A stretch of 64,000 bases of DNA from an uncultured Thermoleophilia bacterium (GCA_963798285.1 CAWCSR010000003.1:784905-848904), one strand, 5' to 3'. Shown: positions 18,821 to 32,107, counted from the stretch's first letter. Program-made: numbers and translations. Notes: generated by a model from the sequence alone, not told the origin.

Positions 18821-20270
18821 TCAGTGCCAGCGCGGCTCGGTCCACCAGCCGTGAGGCACGCCGTAGGCCTCCGACCCCACCGTCTCGTGACTGCGCAGGC
18901 CGCGGCGAGCGTCGGCGGTGAGCTTGGCCGCCAGGGCCGCCCTGAGCTCCTCGAAGCGCGGCCGCCAGTAGCTCTCGTCGCCGGGCGCTCTGCCCGACAG
19001 CTCCTTGCTGGCGACGACCGCCGTGGCCGCGGCGTGGGCGTCCGCGCGCTCCTTCCACCACTCGGGATGCTCGATCCGCGTGCCGAACCGCGACGCCGGC
19101 GCGTCCACGTCGGCGCCCTCCTCGCTGATGGGCAGGTACGCCCACGGCTGCGCGTCGATGGTGACCGAGGTGTTGGGGGCCGCGGCGACGAAGCGCTCGA
19201 GCGCGTCGAGCGTCTCCGCGGCGGACTCCTCCGTCTCTCCCGGCTGGTTGAACTCGAAGCGCGCCCGCGTGACCACGCCCTTGGCGCTCAGGTACTCGAG
19301 CAGTTCCAGCGTGTGCGCGACGGCCTTCCTGGGGTACGGCGCCTGGCCGGTGCGGCCGAGCAGGGCGGGCGAAAGGGTGCCGACCTCGAGAACGAGGCCG
19401 GCCCGCGCCCGGTAGAGCTTGTCGACGTCCAGCCGCTGGAGCGCGTCCGGCCGGCCGGTGACGCTGAGCGCGAGGTCGCGCCGGTCGCCGGCCGCGAGCA
19501 GGTCGAGCACGGCGCGACGCCAGCCGGCGTCGTAGCCGAACGCCGGATCGAGCACCAGGACGGTCTCCGGGTCCAGCGCGGCGACGGCGTCGACGGCGGC
19601 GACGGCGGTGTCCGGCGGATAGGCGTGCCAGCCGGCCCCGCCCGGGCGCAGCAGGCAGGACGGCGCGTTGTAGGGGCAGCCGCGGCTGAGGAACAGCCCG
19701 AGCTCCGGCAGCCCCTCCGCCGAGTACGGATACGCCGCGTAGTCGGGCAGGTGCTGCGCGTCGAGCGGAAGCGGCGTGCCCTCCAGCGAGTGGCACGCGC
19801 CCTTCTCGCGCTCGCCGGCCGCGACCTGGGCGGCGAGCGTGACTACCGCCGTCTCGGCCTCGCCGGCGATGAGCCAGTCGAACGGAGCGCCCGGATCGTT
19901 GAAGTCGTCCGGGCGCACCGAGACGTGGTGCCCGCAGGCGGCGATCACGGCGTCCGGCCACTGGCCGGCGCACGCGCTCGGCGACGGCCAGCGCCGCCGA
20001 GTACTGCAGGGCGGACCAGCACGAGACGACCACGAGGTCGGCCTCGCGCTCCGCCAGCAGGCCCTCGCCGATCTGCAAGAAGCTCTCCCGCGCGACGTCG
20101 TCGGCGGGATTGCCGAGCTCGGCCTCGAGGTCCAGCACGTCCGTGGCGAACCCGGCGCGGCGCAGCTCGGTGAAGAGCTGGACCATCTCCGGCTTGACCC
20201 GTGGTCCGTCCGCCCAGCGGCCGCCGTACAGCGAGCCGGGGAACACGAGCAGCACGCGCGTCTCCTGCAT
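18821..20270 (-). pseudogene. B12-binding-domain / radical-SAM-like protein with a non-canonical Cys motif (frameshift near 19950-19990)
   Basis: ATG at 20270. The N-terminus MQETRVLLVFPGSLYGG...ADLVVVSCWSALQYSAAL is B12-binding-like (Rossmann). It continues in ORF 18821..19948 with GLFLSRGCPYNAPSCLL where CxxxCxxC is expected. Confidence 0.6.
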
Positions 20271-20413
20271 GTCGCCTCCTGTGGTGGGCGGCCGGGGCCG
20301 CGGCGTCACGATAGGGTCTCACTGGGTTATGGACGCCGCGAGAAGCCCGAAAACGCGGCGGTCGTCAGGCTCGGCCGCGGCGTACGGGACGTTGAGCCGC
20401 CGCCGCAGACGCG

Positions 20414-20442
20414 GGCCGGCCGCGAACAGGCCGCGGCCGGCC
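20414..20442 (-). terminator. GC hairpin downstream of the first sigma gene (candidate terminator)
   Basis: ggccggccgcg (20414-20424) pairs with cgcggccggcc (20432-20442) around a 7-nt loop. It lies about 25 nt past the restored stop at 20465. Confidence 0.35.
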
Positions 20443-20464
20443 GGGGCCCGCCGCACCGGACTGC

Positions 20465-21602
20465 TTACTCGACGAAGTCGCGCAGGCTGCTGCGCCTCGC
20501 GATACGCGCGGAGCTTCGCCAGCGTCTTGGCCTCTATCTGGCGGATGCGCTCGCGCGTGACGCCGAACTGGACGCCGACCTCCTCGAGCGTGTGCGGACG
20601 GCCGTCGGTGAGGCCGTAGCGCATCTCGAGCACGCGGCGCTCGCGCGACGTGAGCAGCTCGAGCACGCGCCCGAGGTCCTCGCCCTGCATGAGCTCGCCC
20701 ACGGCGTCGCTCGGGGCGACCGACTGCTCGTCCTCGATGAAGTCGCCGAGCTGCGAGTCGCCCTCGTCGCCGACGGGGTTCTCGAGGCTGACGGGCTCCT
20801 GGCTGATCTTCTGGATCTCGCGTACCTTGTCGGGCGTGAGGCCCATGTCGGTGGCGATCTCCTCAGGCGTGGGCTCCCGGCCCAGGTCCTGCAGCAGCTG
20901 CCGCTGCACGCGGATGAGCTTGTTGATGGTCTCGACCATGTGCACCGGGATGCGGATGGTGCGCGCCTGGTCGGCGAGCGCACGGCTCACGGCCTGGCGG
21001 ATCCACCACGTGGCGTAGGTGCTGAACTTGAAGCCGCGCCGGTAGTCGAACTTCTCCACGGCGCGGATGAGCCCGAGATTGCCTTCCTGGATGAGGTCGA
21101 GCAGCGTGAGCCCGCGGTTGGCGTACCGGCGCGCGATGGACACGACGAGGCGCAGGTTGGCCTGGATGAGCTGGTTCTTGGCCTCCATGTCGCCGCGCTC
21201 GATGCGCTTGGCCAGGGAGACCTCCTGCTCGGCCGTGAGCAGCGGCACCTTGCCGATCTCGCGCAGGTACATGCGCACGGGATCGTTGCTCGCCGTCTTG
21301 ATGGAGAGGTCGAGCTTGGGCACGTCGCCCTCGCCCTCGGCCTCCTGGTCTCCCGTGCCTGACTGGCCGGCGCCGGCATGGTGCACGCCGTCGGCCCCGA
21401 CCACGTCGATGCCGAGGTCGTGGAAGGCCACGTACACGTCGTCGATCTGCTCGGGCGTGAGGTCGACGTCCGCGAGGACCTCGAGGATGTGCTCGGCGGC
21501 AAGATAGCCCTGCTCCTTGCCTTCATCGAGCAGCACTCGGACTTCCTCGACCGTGCTGAGGATCGAGTCGTCGGACTGCCGGTCTGCTGCTGACTCTGTC
21601 AC
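20465..21602 (-). pseudogene. Group 1/2 sigma-70 factor (RpoD/SigB-like); single-base insertion near 20487 alters only the last few codons
   Basis: Regions 1.2-4 are intact ([38 protein letters not shown]). The listed tail ...[14 protein letters not shown]... becomes REAQQLRDFVE* (TAA at 20465-20467) if one C is removed from cagcagCctgcgc. This matches the paralog ending SQRLRDFLD*. Confidence 0.9.
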
Positions 21603-21637
21603 TGACTTGTTCAGCGCTCCTCTGTTGTAGCGGCGTC

Positions 21638-21668
21638 GGGAGCGGGGCGGCCTGGCCGCCCCGCTCCC
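21638..21668 (-). terminator. GC-rich palindrome between the two sigma genes (candidate terminator of the upstream sigma gene)
   Basis: gggagcggggcggcc t ggccgccccgctccc, about 83 nt downstream of the stop at 21751. Confidence 0.45.
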
Positions 21669-21750
21669 GGCACCGCGGTCGTCTTCGTTGTCGGGGCCTC
21701 CGTACCTGCCGGGTACCGTGTGGAGGTCTTGCGCCGGGCCTGCGGGACCC

Positions 21751-22887
<1,137 letters not shown>

Positions 22888-22889
22888 CG

Positions 22890-24733
22890 TTACTCGGTGT
22901 CGTCGTCCACGGGGATGGCGCGAAGGGCCTCGCGCAAGCTGCGGCGCACACCCTCGAGCCTGGCCAGCTCCTCGCCCTGTCTCCCAGTGTCGTCACCCTT
23001 CATCGTGACCTTGAGCCGCGTGATGAGCCGGCCCACCTGCGCTTCCTGCAGCCGCAGGAACAACTCCTCCACGACGGTGGCGGTGAACCGCTCCCGTCCG
23101 GCGCGGACGATGACCTCGGCAAACGCCTCCGCGCCCTCGCCCGCGGCCCCGTCGTCCGCCGGCGGCGGGGCGTTCCCGTGACCGTCGGCAGCCAACCGCG
23201 CCTTCACGCGGCGCAACGCGGCGCGCGTCTCCGCGGTGGCGAAGAAGCCCTCGTCCACTCCCGCGAGCGCGTCCCGGCCCGGTCCGGGCTGCGCGAGGCA
23301 GCCGGCCAGGAACCTGACCTCGAGCTCGTGGGCGCCGCCTACGGCAGCCGCGGCGACGTCACGGGCCGGTACACCCGTCGAAGACCTCGGTGCGGATGAG
23401 CCGCTCGACGACACGCGCGCTTTCGACGATCCCCCTGATGTGCGGAGCAGGTAGAGCGCACGCCTCATCGGAGAGCCCGAGAGCATTCGACACGTACGCC
23501 AACTCGTCGTCGCGCTCGTTCGGCGTCGCCTCATCTGAGAGGACCTCGCGTAGTCTGCGCCAATGCGCGAGCCCGGCCGTCGGGCCGGTCGAGGTCGTGA
23601 GTAGCGAGCGCCAAGCGGACGTGGAATTGTAGCAGCGTCTGCGCGTCGTCGGCAAGTGCGCGGAATCCGTCGCCCCCGGCGCCCGCGAGCACGTAGTCGG
23701 CCGGGTCCAGACCGTCGGGAATGCGTACTACGTGCAGGGAAAGGTTCATCCGGCGGCCGAGCGTGAGCGCGCGCTGCATCGCGCCGATGCCGGCGGCGTC
23801 GGCGTCGTAGCAGAGATACACGTTGCGGGTGAGGCGGGCGAGACGGCCCAGCTGTTGTTCGGTGAGGGCCGTCCCCATGCTCGCCACGACGTTGGCGACG
23901 CCGGCCTGGGCGAGCGCCATGACGTCGGTGTAGCCCTCGACCACGTACACGCGCTCTTCCTGGCGCGCCGCCGCCTTGGCCTTGTCGATGCCGAAGAGCG
24001 CCTCGCTCTTGTGGTAGAGCGGCGTCTCCGGCGAGTTGAGGTACTTGGGCTTCTCGTCGCCGAGAGTGCGGGCGCCGAAGCCGAGGGTGCGCCCGCGTTC
24101 GTCGCCGAGCGGGAACATGATGCGACCGCGGAAGCGGTCGTACGGGCGTCCGCGCTTGCCGGGGATCACCAGGCCCGCGTCGAGCAGGTCCTGCTCGCTG
24201 AAGCCCTTGGCGAGCGCTGCCTCGCGGAGCTTCTCCCAGCCCGGGCAGGCTGTAGCCGACGCGGAAGGCGCGGCAGACCTCTGCGGAGAGGCCGCGCCGC
24301 TCGAGGTACTCGCGCGCCGGCGCGGCCGCCTTGGCCTCGAGGTAGCACGCGCTCGTAGTAGGTCGTGGCCTGCTCGAGCAGCGCGCGCAGGCGCTCGCGG
24401 GCCCGCCGGTCGGCGTCGCCGCGAGCGCTCGACTCATCGTACTCGAGCGGCGACGCCGTACTTGTCCGCCAGGTACTCGACGGCCTCCGGGAAGTCCAGG
24501 TTCTCCTTGGCCATGACGAACCCGATGAGGTTGCCGCCGGCGCCGCAGCCGAAGCAGTAGTAGAGCTTCTCGGCCGGGTTGACGGAGAACGACGGCGTGC
24601 GCTCCTCGTGGAACGGGCAGCGCCCGCTGAAGTTGGCCCCGGCCTTCTTGAGATCCGTGTACTGGCCGACGACCTCGACCATGTCGGCGGTGGCCACCAC
24701 CTGGTCGATGGTGCTCTGCGCGATGCGGGCCAC
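22890..24733 (-). pseudogene. dnaG: DNA primase DnaG (at least five frameshifts in this assembly)
   Basis: GTG at 24733. CHC2 zinc finger: GRCPFHEERTPSFSVNPAEKLYYCFGCGAGGN (ORF 24434..24733). TOPRIM/core: RIMFPLGDERGRTLGFGARTL...YLNSPETPLYHKSEALFG...VYVVEGYTDVMAL...LCYDADAAG (ORF 23531..24169). The C-terminal part is in ORF 22890..24437. Frames run 1>0>2>1>0>2. Confidence 0.9.
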
Positions 24734-25142
24734 CTACTGCCGGCCTTCGTTACGCGCGTCGTCCCTCTCGTGGTCACGCCGCCGCTGCGCTTCGCGCTGT
24801 TCGCGGCGGCGCATCGCCTGGAGCGTCGCCTGCTGCTCGGCCCTCATGACCTGCATGGTCGCCCGCGCGCGGCGGCGCGACTTCTTCTGCCGCCGCGGCG
24901 TGCTCTCGTAGAACCGCCAGTTGTGGCCGATGCGGTCGAAGGTCCAGATGAGCAGCACGGTCAGCCCCGATCATCCAGAAGAGGTAGAAGACGGCGAACA
25001 ACGCCCAGGCGTCGACCGACGTCGTGTCCCTGGCCGCCGGCGCCCCCGACGGCTGGATGTGGGGAAGCCGCAGCCAGCCCAGGCCAAAGGTGACGACGGC
25101 CGGGAGGCAGGCGAGCACGATGAGGCCGGCCGTGACCAGCAC
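24734..25142 (-). pseudogene. Small membrane protein with a basic C-terminal tail (frameshift at the CCCC run near 24965; true start uncertain)
   Basis: ...LVTAGLIVLACLPAVVTFGLGWL...WALFAVFYLFWMIG joins LTVLLIWTFDRIGHNWRFYESTPRRQKKSRRRA... if one G is removed from atcGGGGctgacc. The TAG stop abuts the dnaG start. Confidence 0.45.
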
Positions 25143-25175
25143 GATGAGCGCCGTGACGGCGATGCATCGCGACGA

Positions 25176-25732
25176 TCACCGGCCTGTGAGGGGACGAGCC
25201 ATGAGCACCTCGTCATGATAGCGGTCGCCGCGGCGGTACTGTTCGCGGCGGAGCCCTTCGCGGACGAACCCGTGGCGTTCGTAGAACCGCATCGCGCGGG
25301 CGTTGTCCGGAAAGACGCCGAGCACGACGCGACGAAAGCCGGCGACCTGCGCCCACTCGACGGCCGTCTCGAGGAGCGCGCCGCCGGCGCCGACGCCACG
25401 AAAGCCGTCGGCCACCGACATCCCGAGCCAGGCGACGTGCGCCGAGGCGGGGTTGCCGTCGGGCCACAGTCCAAGGTTACCCACGATGGCCGCCCCCGGA
25501 GTCGGCGACGAGGAAGAGCCCGCGCGGCGCGCGGCAGAGATTGGACGATGCGCCGCCGCCAGTCGGCCGGCAGAGCCTCGCCGGGCCGCAGGACCAGCGT
25601 GGCCTGCGGCTCGGCCGCCACCGCGTCGAGCATGCTGGTGATGCCGCGCGCGTCCCGCTTGTGCGCGTCGCGCACGACGAGCGCCCGCCCGTCGGCGAGC
25701 TTCACCTCGATCTCTCGTCCAAGCCTGGCCAC
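25176..25732 (-). pseudogene. GNAT-family N-acetyltransferase (one frameshift near 25530)
   Basis: GTG at 25732: (M)ARLGREIEVKLADGRALVVRDAHKRDARGITSML... The C-terminal piece, in ORF 25176..25847, has GMSVADGFRGVGAGGALLETAVEWA...VFPDNARAMRFYERHGF. Confidence 0.8.
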
Positions 25733-25821
25733 GGGTCGCTCCTTCGTCCGGCGAGCGAGAAGCGCCGGCCCGGGCGCGCCTTGCGGCGGCCGGGACCGGC
25801 GCCCGTCGTCGCCCGCGTCCG

Positions 25822-28555
25822 CTACTTCTCGAGCCGCAGCTCTCCACGCTCCTCGATCGCGGCCTGCGCCGCGGCGAGGCGTGCCACCGGCAGACGGAAC
25901 GGCGAGCAGCTCACGTAGTCCATCCCGGCGCGGTGGCAGAACTTGACCGTCTCGGGGTCGCCGCCCTGCTCGCCGCAGATGCCGACCTTGAGGTCCGGCC
26001 GCGTGCTGCGGCCGCGCTCGATGCCGATCTCGACCAGCTGACCCACGCCGCTCTGGTCGAGCGTCGCGAACGGGTCGGCCGGCCAGATCTCCAGCGCTTC
26101 GCTGGTGTACAGCGGGAGGAACTTGCCGGCGTCGTCGCGGCTGACACCAAGCGTCATCTGCGTGAGGTCGTTGGTGCCGAAGCTGAAGAACTCGGCGACC
26201 TCGGCGATCTCGTTCGGCGGTGAGCGCCGCGCGCGGGATCTCGATCATGGTGCCGACCAGGTACGCGACTGTCCACGCCCTGCTCGGCGAACACGTCGGC
26301 GGCCACGGAGCGCACGATGGCCGCCTGGTGCTCGAGCTCCTTCTTGGTGCCCACGAGCGGGATCATGATCTCGGGGTGGACGTCCAGGCCTTCCTTCTTG
26401 ACCAGGCAGGCAGCCTCGAGGATGGCGCGCGCCTGCATCGCGGTGATCTCCGGGAAGGCGATGCCGAGGCGGCAGCCGCGGTGGCCGAGCATCGGGTTGC
26501 TCTCGTGCAGGTCCTCGACCTTGGCGCGGACGACGTCCTCGGGGACGCCGAGGGCGGCGGCGGTCTCGGCGGTGTCCTTCTCGCCGTGCGGCAGGAACTC
26601 GTGCAGCGGCGGGTCGAGCGTGCGGATGGTGACGTGGCGCTCGCCCATGACGCGGAAGATGCCGGCGAAGTCGTCGCGCTGCATCGGGAGGAGCTTGGCC
26701 AGCGCGGCCTCGCGGGCCTCGCGGCTCTCCGCGAGGATCATCTCGCGCACGCTCATGATGCGCTCGCCCTCGAAGAACATGTGCTCCGTGCGGCAGAGGC
26801 CGATGCCCTCGGCGCCGAAGGCGATGGCGTTGGCGCTCTGGTCCGGCTGGTCGGCGTTGGTGCGCACGCCCAGCGTGCGCGCCTCGTCGGCCCACTCCAT
26901 GATCTCCTTGTAGTAGCGGTACGAGCCGGACTCCTCGGGCTTCATGCTCTTCTCGAGCAGCACCTGGAGCACCTCGGGCGGACGCGTGTCGAGCGCGCCG
27001 ATGATGACCTCGCCGGTGAACCCGTCGATGCTGATCCAGTCGCCCTCCTTGACGGTGGCGTCGTCGACCTTGAAGCTGCGCGTCTTCATGTCGATGTCGA
27101 GCGCGCCGCAGCCGACGATGCAGACCTTGCCCATCTGGCGGGCGACCAGCGCGGCGTGGCTGGTCATGCCGCCCTGCGCCGTGAGGATGCCCTGGGCGGC
27201 GTCCATGCCGCGGATGTCGTCCGGGCTCGTGAAGTCGCGGACCAGCAGGACCTTCTCGCCGCTTGGCCGCCCAGGCGACGGCGTCCTGCGCGTTGAAGAC
27301 GACACGGCCGGTGGCGGCGCCGGGGCCGGCGGGCAGGCCCTTGGCCTTGACCCGGCCCTCATCCACGGCCTTCAGCTTGTCTTCGGGCGTCGAAGATCGG
27401 TCGCAGCAGCTGGTTGAGCTGCTCGGGCTCGATGCGCATGAGCGCATCGTCCGGGGTGATCAGCCCCTGGTCGGCCATGTCCACGGCGATGCGGATCGCC
27501 GCGAGGCCGGTGCGCTTGCCGTTGCGCGTCTGGAGCATGAAGAGGCGGCCCTTCTCGATCGTGAACTCGAAGTCCTGCATGTCGCGCATCTCGGACTCGA
27601 GCGTCTGGCGCACGGCCATGAGCTCGTCGAACACGTCCGGCCAGACGTCCTTGAGCTCGATCACCTGGCGCGGCGTGCGCACGCCGGACGACCACGTCCT
27701 CGCCCTGGGCGTTGACGAGGAACTCGCCGTAGAACTCGTTCTCGCCGCTGGCGGGGTTGCGCGTGAAGGCCACGCCGGTGCCACTGTCGTCGCCGGTGTT
27801 GCCGTAGACCATGGTCTGGACGTTGACCGCCGTGCCCCAGTCGTCGGGGATGTCGTACATGCGGCGGTAGGCGACGGCGCGGTCGTTGCCCCAGCTGCCG
27901 AAGACGGCGCTGATGGCGCCCCAGAGCTGGGCGCGCGGGTCGTCGGGGAAGTCCTTGCCGGTGCGCTCCTTGACGGCCGCCTTGAACTCGCGCGACCAGG
28001 CTCCTTGAGGTCGTCGGCGGTGAGCTCGGTGTCGTACGGCGACGCCCTTGGCCTTCTTCATCGCCTCGAGGCGCTCCTCGAAGACGTCGCCCTCGTCGTC
28101 GCTCTCCGGCTTGCAGCCGAGCACGACGTCGCCGTACATGCTGACGAAGCGCCGGTAGCAGTCGTAGGCGAAGCGCGCGTTGCCGGTGGAGGCGACGACG
28201 CCCTGCGACGGTCTCGTCGTTGAGGCCGAGGTTGAGGATCGTGTCCATCATGCCCGGCATGGAGGCGCGGGCGCCGGAGCGGACGCTGAGGAGCAGCGGG
28301 TCGGAGGCGTCGCCGAAGGTCTTGCCGGTGTCGGACTCGAGCGCCCTTGAGCGCGTCCTCCAGCTGGGCGTCCACGCCCTGCGGGTAGTCGCCGTGGGCC
28401 GAGTAGTAGTTGCACACCTCGGTGGTGATGGTGAACCCGGGCGGCACGGGCAGCCCGATGGTCGTCATCTCCGCGAGGTTCGCCCCCTTGCCTCCGAGGA
28501 GTTCGCGCATGGACTTGTTTCCCTCGCTGAAGCGGTAGACGTGCTTGTCACTCAT
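25822..28555 (-). pseudogene. ppdK: Pyruvate, phosphate dikinase (about nine frameshifts in this assembly)
   Basis: ATG at 28555: MSDKHVYRFSEGNKSMRELLGGKGANLAEM. Phosphohistidine region: GILTAQGGMTSHAALVARQMGK. PEP/pyruvate domain: GIGLCRTEHMFF...NPMLGHRGCRLG...[15 protein letters not shown]...[18 protein letters not shown]. The fragments sit in ORFs 28058..29014, 27661..28260, 27372..28139, 27359..27784, 26245..27447, 26154..27362, 24971..26248 and 25822..26157. Confidence 0.92.
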
Positions 28556-28686
28556 GCTGGTTGCCTCCCCTGGCATCTTGTCCGACTCTCTGCGATACGT
28601 GTGCGGAGAGCCGCTCAATAGCTCTTCCGTGCATTGGTCCGCCGTGTCGCGGCGGTGGCGTGGGATGTGGTCGGATCTCCTGTGCG

Positions 28687-30863
28687 TCAGGCCTGCGTGA
28701 GCGGCAGGCGGCCGAACTCCCCGATGCGGCCGATGAGGCCGGTGACGGCGGCGAGCTGCGCGAGACGGTTGGCGCGCACCGCGTCGTCGGGGTCCATGAC
28801 GAGGACGGCTTCGAAGTAGCGGTCGACGGCCGGCCGCAGGCCGGCCGCGGACTCGATGGCGCTCTCGAGCTCGAGGTTGCCCAGAGCCTCGAGGAGCGGC
28901 CCGCGCGCAGCGTCGCAGGCCGCCGCCAGCTCGCGCTCGGCGTCGTCGGTGAAGAGGGCCGGGTCGACGGCGCGTGACCCGGCCGCTGGGTCCTTGGCCG
29001 CCAGCGCCGCGCACCGGTTGTAGGCGATGACGGCATCCTCGAAGAGTTCCCGCCCGGCCATGGCCGCGAACGTGCGCGCCCGCGCCGCCAGCGCCGGCAG
29101 GTCGCCGGCCGGTGCGCCCATGGCGGCCTCGACGCTCGGGAACGGCAGGCCCTCGTCGAGCAGCAGCACCTGCAGGCGCTCGCGGACGAACGCCGCCGTC
29201 TCAGCGACGATGGTCGCGCGGCGCGCGTCGTCCAGGCCCTCGATGCCCTGCAGTTCGAACTGGTCGACGGCCGACGCCAGCAGGCCGGCGAGCGGGAAAG
29301 CGAAGGCTGTACTCGAGGGCGATGCGCACGATGCCCATGGCGGCGCGCCGCAACCCGTAGGGGTCGCGCGAGCCGGAGGGCTTCTCTCCGGCGACCCAGG
29401 CGCCGGCGATGTTGTCGAGCTTGTCGGCGACGGCGAGCAGGGCGCCGGCCACGGTGGCCGGCAGCGGCGCCGTCGCCGAGAGCGGCCGGTAGTGCTCGCC
29501 GACGGCGCGGGCCACCGCGTCGCCGAGGCCGCCGGCCTCGGCGTAGAGCCCGCCCATGACGCCCTGGAGCACCGGGAACTCGATGACGACCTGGCTCACG
29601 AGGTCGGCCTTCGCGAGGCGCGCCGACGTGCGCAGCGTCTCGGCGAGCGAGTCGCCGGAGCCGTTGCCGCCGGCCGCGGGGCCGGCGCCCCGGCCGGCGG
29701 CGAGGGCGGCGACGAGGCCGCCGATGCCGCCCGGCCTTGTCGGCGAGCGAGCCGAGCTTCTCGTGGAACACCACCGCGCCGAGGCGCTCGGCCATGGCCG
29801 GCAGGCCCTCGGCGAGGTCGCGGTCGTAGGCGAACTCGGCGTCGTCGAGGCGGCCGTCGAGCACGCGCTCGTTGCCGCGCGTGACCAGCGGGGCCGCCGC
29901 CGGGTCGCCGTTGGAGACGTAGAGGAACGCCGGCAGCAGATCGCCGGCGGCGTCGCGCACCGGGAAGTATCGCTGGTGGCTCTGCATGGCGGTGACGAGG
30001 ACTGCGGCGGGCAGGCGCAGGTGCCGCTCCTTGAAGCCGCCGCGGGCCACGCTCGGCCACTCGGCGAGGTACACGGCCTCGGCGAGCACGTCGCCCGGAT
30101 CCGACCACTCGCCGCCGAGCTTCGGCGGCGGCGGCGTCGAGGCCCGCAGTGATGCGCCGGCGGCGCTCGTCCTGCGAGACGACGACCTTCTGCTCCTCGA
30201 GCACGCGTTCGTAGTCGCCGGCGCTCGCCAGCGTGACCGGCCCGCCGAGCACGCGGTGGCCCCGCGAGACGTCGCCGAGCGGGAGGCCGTAGAACTCCCC
30301 TCTCAGCGTCTCGCTCGCCGAGCTTCGCGACGAGCCAGCGGATGGGACGCGAGAAGCGCAGGTAGTCGCCGGCGCCCTCGGGCCTCGCGCCCCAGCGCAT
30401 GCCGCGCGGGATCTGCAGGCCGGTGATGAGGCGCGCGACCAGCTCGGGCACGACGTCGCGCGCCGCGCGCCGCTCGGCCTCGACACTGACGACGACGAAC
30501 TCGGTGCCGTCGACGACCTCGCGGCGCACAGCTTCGGCCGCCGCGCCCTTGGAGCGCGCGAATCCGTCGCCGGCCTTGGTGAGCGGCGCCGTCCGCGGCG
30601 ATAGGCGATCTCGGCCTTGGGGCCGCGGAATTCCTGCGACCTGGGCGAGCTGCTCCGCCGGGCACGCCGTCGACGAGGACGGCGATGCGGCGCGGCGAGA
30701 CCAGCACCCTGGCCGCCGCGCCCTCTTCGAGCAGGCGCTCGCCGCCGAGCAGCGCGAGCGCGAGCCCGGGCTGGTCGGGCGTGCCCTCGAGCTGGCGGAT
30801 GACCGACTCGCAGACCTTGTACGGCAGCTCCTCGGTCCCGATCTCGACCAGCAGGGTAGTCAT
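28687..30863 (-). pseudogene. glyS: Glycine--tRNA ligase beta subunit (at least six frameshifts)
   Basis: The ATG at 30863 overlaps the glyQ stop (ATGA). Pieces: [17 protein letters not shown]; EFRGPKAEIAY; RWLVAKLG; AEWPSVARGGFKERHLRLPAAVLVTAMQSHQRYFPV; DPYGLRRAAMGIVRI. The C-terminal part is in ORF 28687..29169. Confidence 0.9.
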
Positions 30864-31816
30864 GCGTCCGCCTCGCCGGCCGGGGCGGCTTCGCCGCCGG
30901 CCTTCTCGCGCCCGTCGCCGACGACCTCGAGGTACAGCCCGGCGACCTTGCGCGCGAGGTCGCGCACGCGGGCGATGTGGGCGGTGCGGTCGGTGACGCT
31001 GATCACACCGCGCGCGTCGAGCATGTTGAACGCGTGGCTGCACTTGAGCACGTGGTCGTAGGCGGGGATGGGCAGGCGCGCCTCGATGGTGCGCAGCGCC
31101 TCGGCCTCGTGCTCGCGGAAGTGGCGGTAGAGCATCTCCGTGTCGGCCACCTCGAAGTTGTAGCGGCTGAACTCGCGCTCGTTCTCGCGGTACACGTCGC
31201 CGTAGGTGACGACGTGCTCGGCGCCGTCCTCCTCCCAGCGAGACCACACGAGGTCGTAGACGCTGTCCACGCCCTGCAGGTACATGGCCAGACGCTCGAG
31301 GCCGTAGGTGATCTCGATGGTGATGGGGTCGAGGTCGAAGCCGCCCAGCTGCTGGAAGTACGTGAACTGGGTGGCCTCCATGCCGTCGACCCAGACCTCC
31401 CAGCCCTGGCCCCAGGCGCCCAGAGTGGGGCCCTCCCAGTTGTCCTCGACGAAGCGCACGTCGTGCTCGGCGAGGACGATGCCGAGGGCCTCCAGCGAGC
31501 GCAGGTACACGTCCTGGATGTCCGCCGGCGACGGCTTGATGACCACCTGGTACTGGTAGTAGTGGCCGAGCCGGTACGGGTTCTCGCCGTAGCGCCCGTC
31601 GGCGGGGCGCATGGACGGCTCCACGTAGGCGGCGCGCCAGGGACGGGCGTCGAGGCAGCGCAGGAACGTGGCGGGGTTGAAGGTGCCGGCGCCGACCTCG
31701 GTGTGGTACGGCTGGACGACGACACAACCCTGGCCCTCCCAGAAGGCCTGCAGGCGGCCGATGATCTGCTGGAACGTGGGGGGAGCGGCGTCTGCGGTCT
31801 GGGCGTGGTTCGTCAC
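30860..31816 (-). CDS. glyQ: Glycine--tRNA ligase alpha subunit
   Basis: GTG at 31816 follows GAAAGGA. Sequence: [40 protein letters not shown]...[11 protein letters not shown]...[18 protein letters not shown]. Intact. Confidence 0.93.
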   Translation of the reverse strand: MTNHAQTADAAPPTFQQIIGRLQAFWEGQGCVVVQPYHTEVGAGTFNPATFLRCLDARPWRAAYVEPSMRPADGRYGENPYRLGHYYQYQVVIKPSPADIQDVYLRSLEALGIVLAEHDVRFVEDNWEGPTLGAWGQGWEVWVDGMEATQFTYFQQLGGFDLDPITIEITYGLERLAMYLQGVDSVYDLVWSRWEEDGAEHVVTYGDVYRENEREFSRYNFEVADTEMLYRHFREHEAEALRTIEARLPIPAYDHVLKCSHAFNMLDARGVISVTDRTAHIARVRDLARKVAGLYLEVVGDGREKAGGEAAPAGEADA

Positions 31817-31839
31817 GTGTCCTTTCGGTCGGAAGCGCG

Positions 31840-31869
31840 ATTCTACCAGTCTCACGCAGAAGTGAACAA
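31840..31869 (-). promoter_or_regulatory. Candidate sigma-70 promoter of glyQS (-35 TTGTTC, 18-nt spacer, TGgTAGAAT extended -10)
   Basis: Minus-strand read: TTGTTCacttctgcgtgagacTGgTAGAAT. It is an AT-rich island in GC-rich DNA, about 25 nt upstream of the glyQ GTG. Confidence 0.45.
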
Positions 31870-32107
31870 ACAGATGACACCGAGACGCTGACGGATGTTC
31901 CATGCTCATCGCCGGCGGGCGCGGGTACACTCCATAGCAGCCGACGCCGCGCGAGCGGAGCCGGTCAGGGCGGCGTGACGGCGACGCGGCGAGGCCCGCG
32001 AAAGCGGGTCGCTTGCGACGCGAGCGCCCGCCCGCCAGGGGTGCGCCGGCCGTACCGCTCAACTACGGCCGGCGCCTCCGCGAGAAAGCCCGCCGGCCGG
32101 TCCGCCC

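Noticed and set aside
31817-32107. A T-box leader upstream of glyQS, as in Firmicutes.
   Set aside because: The only T-box-like string (GAGCGGTACGGCC) is a poor match and lies at the far 5' end next to recO. It is not just before a terminator. The AT-rich promoter-like element leaves a leader of only about 20-25 nt.
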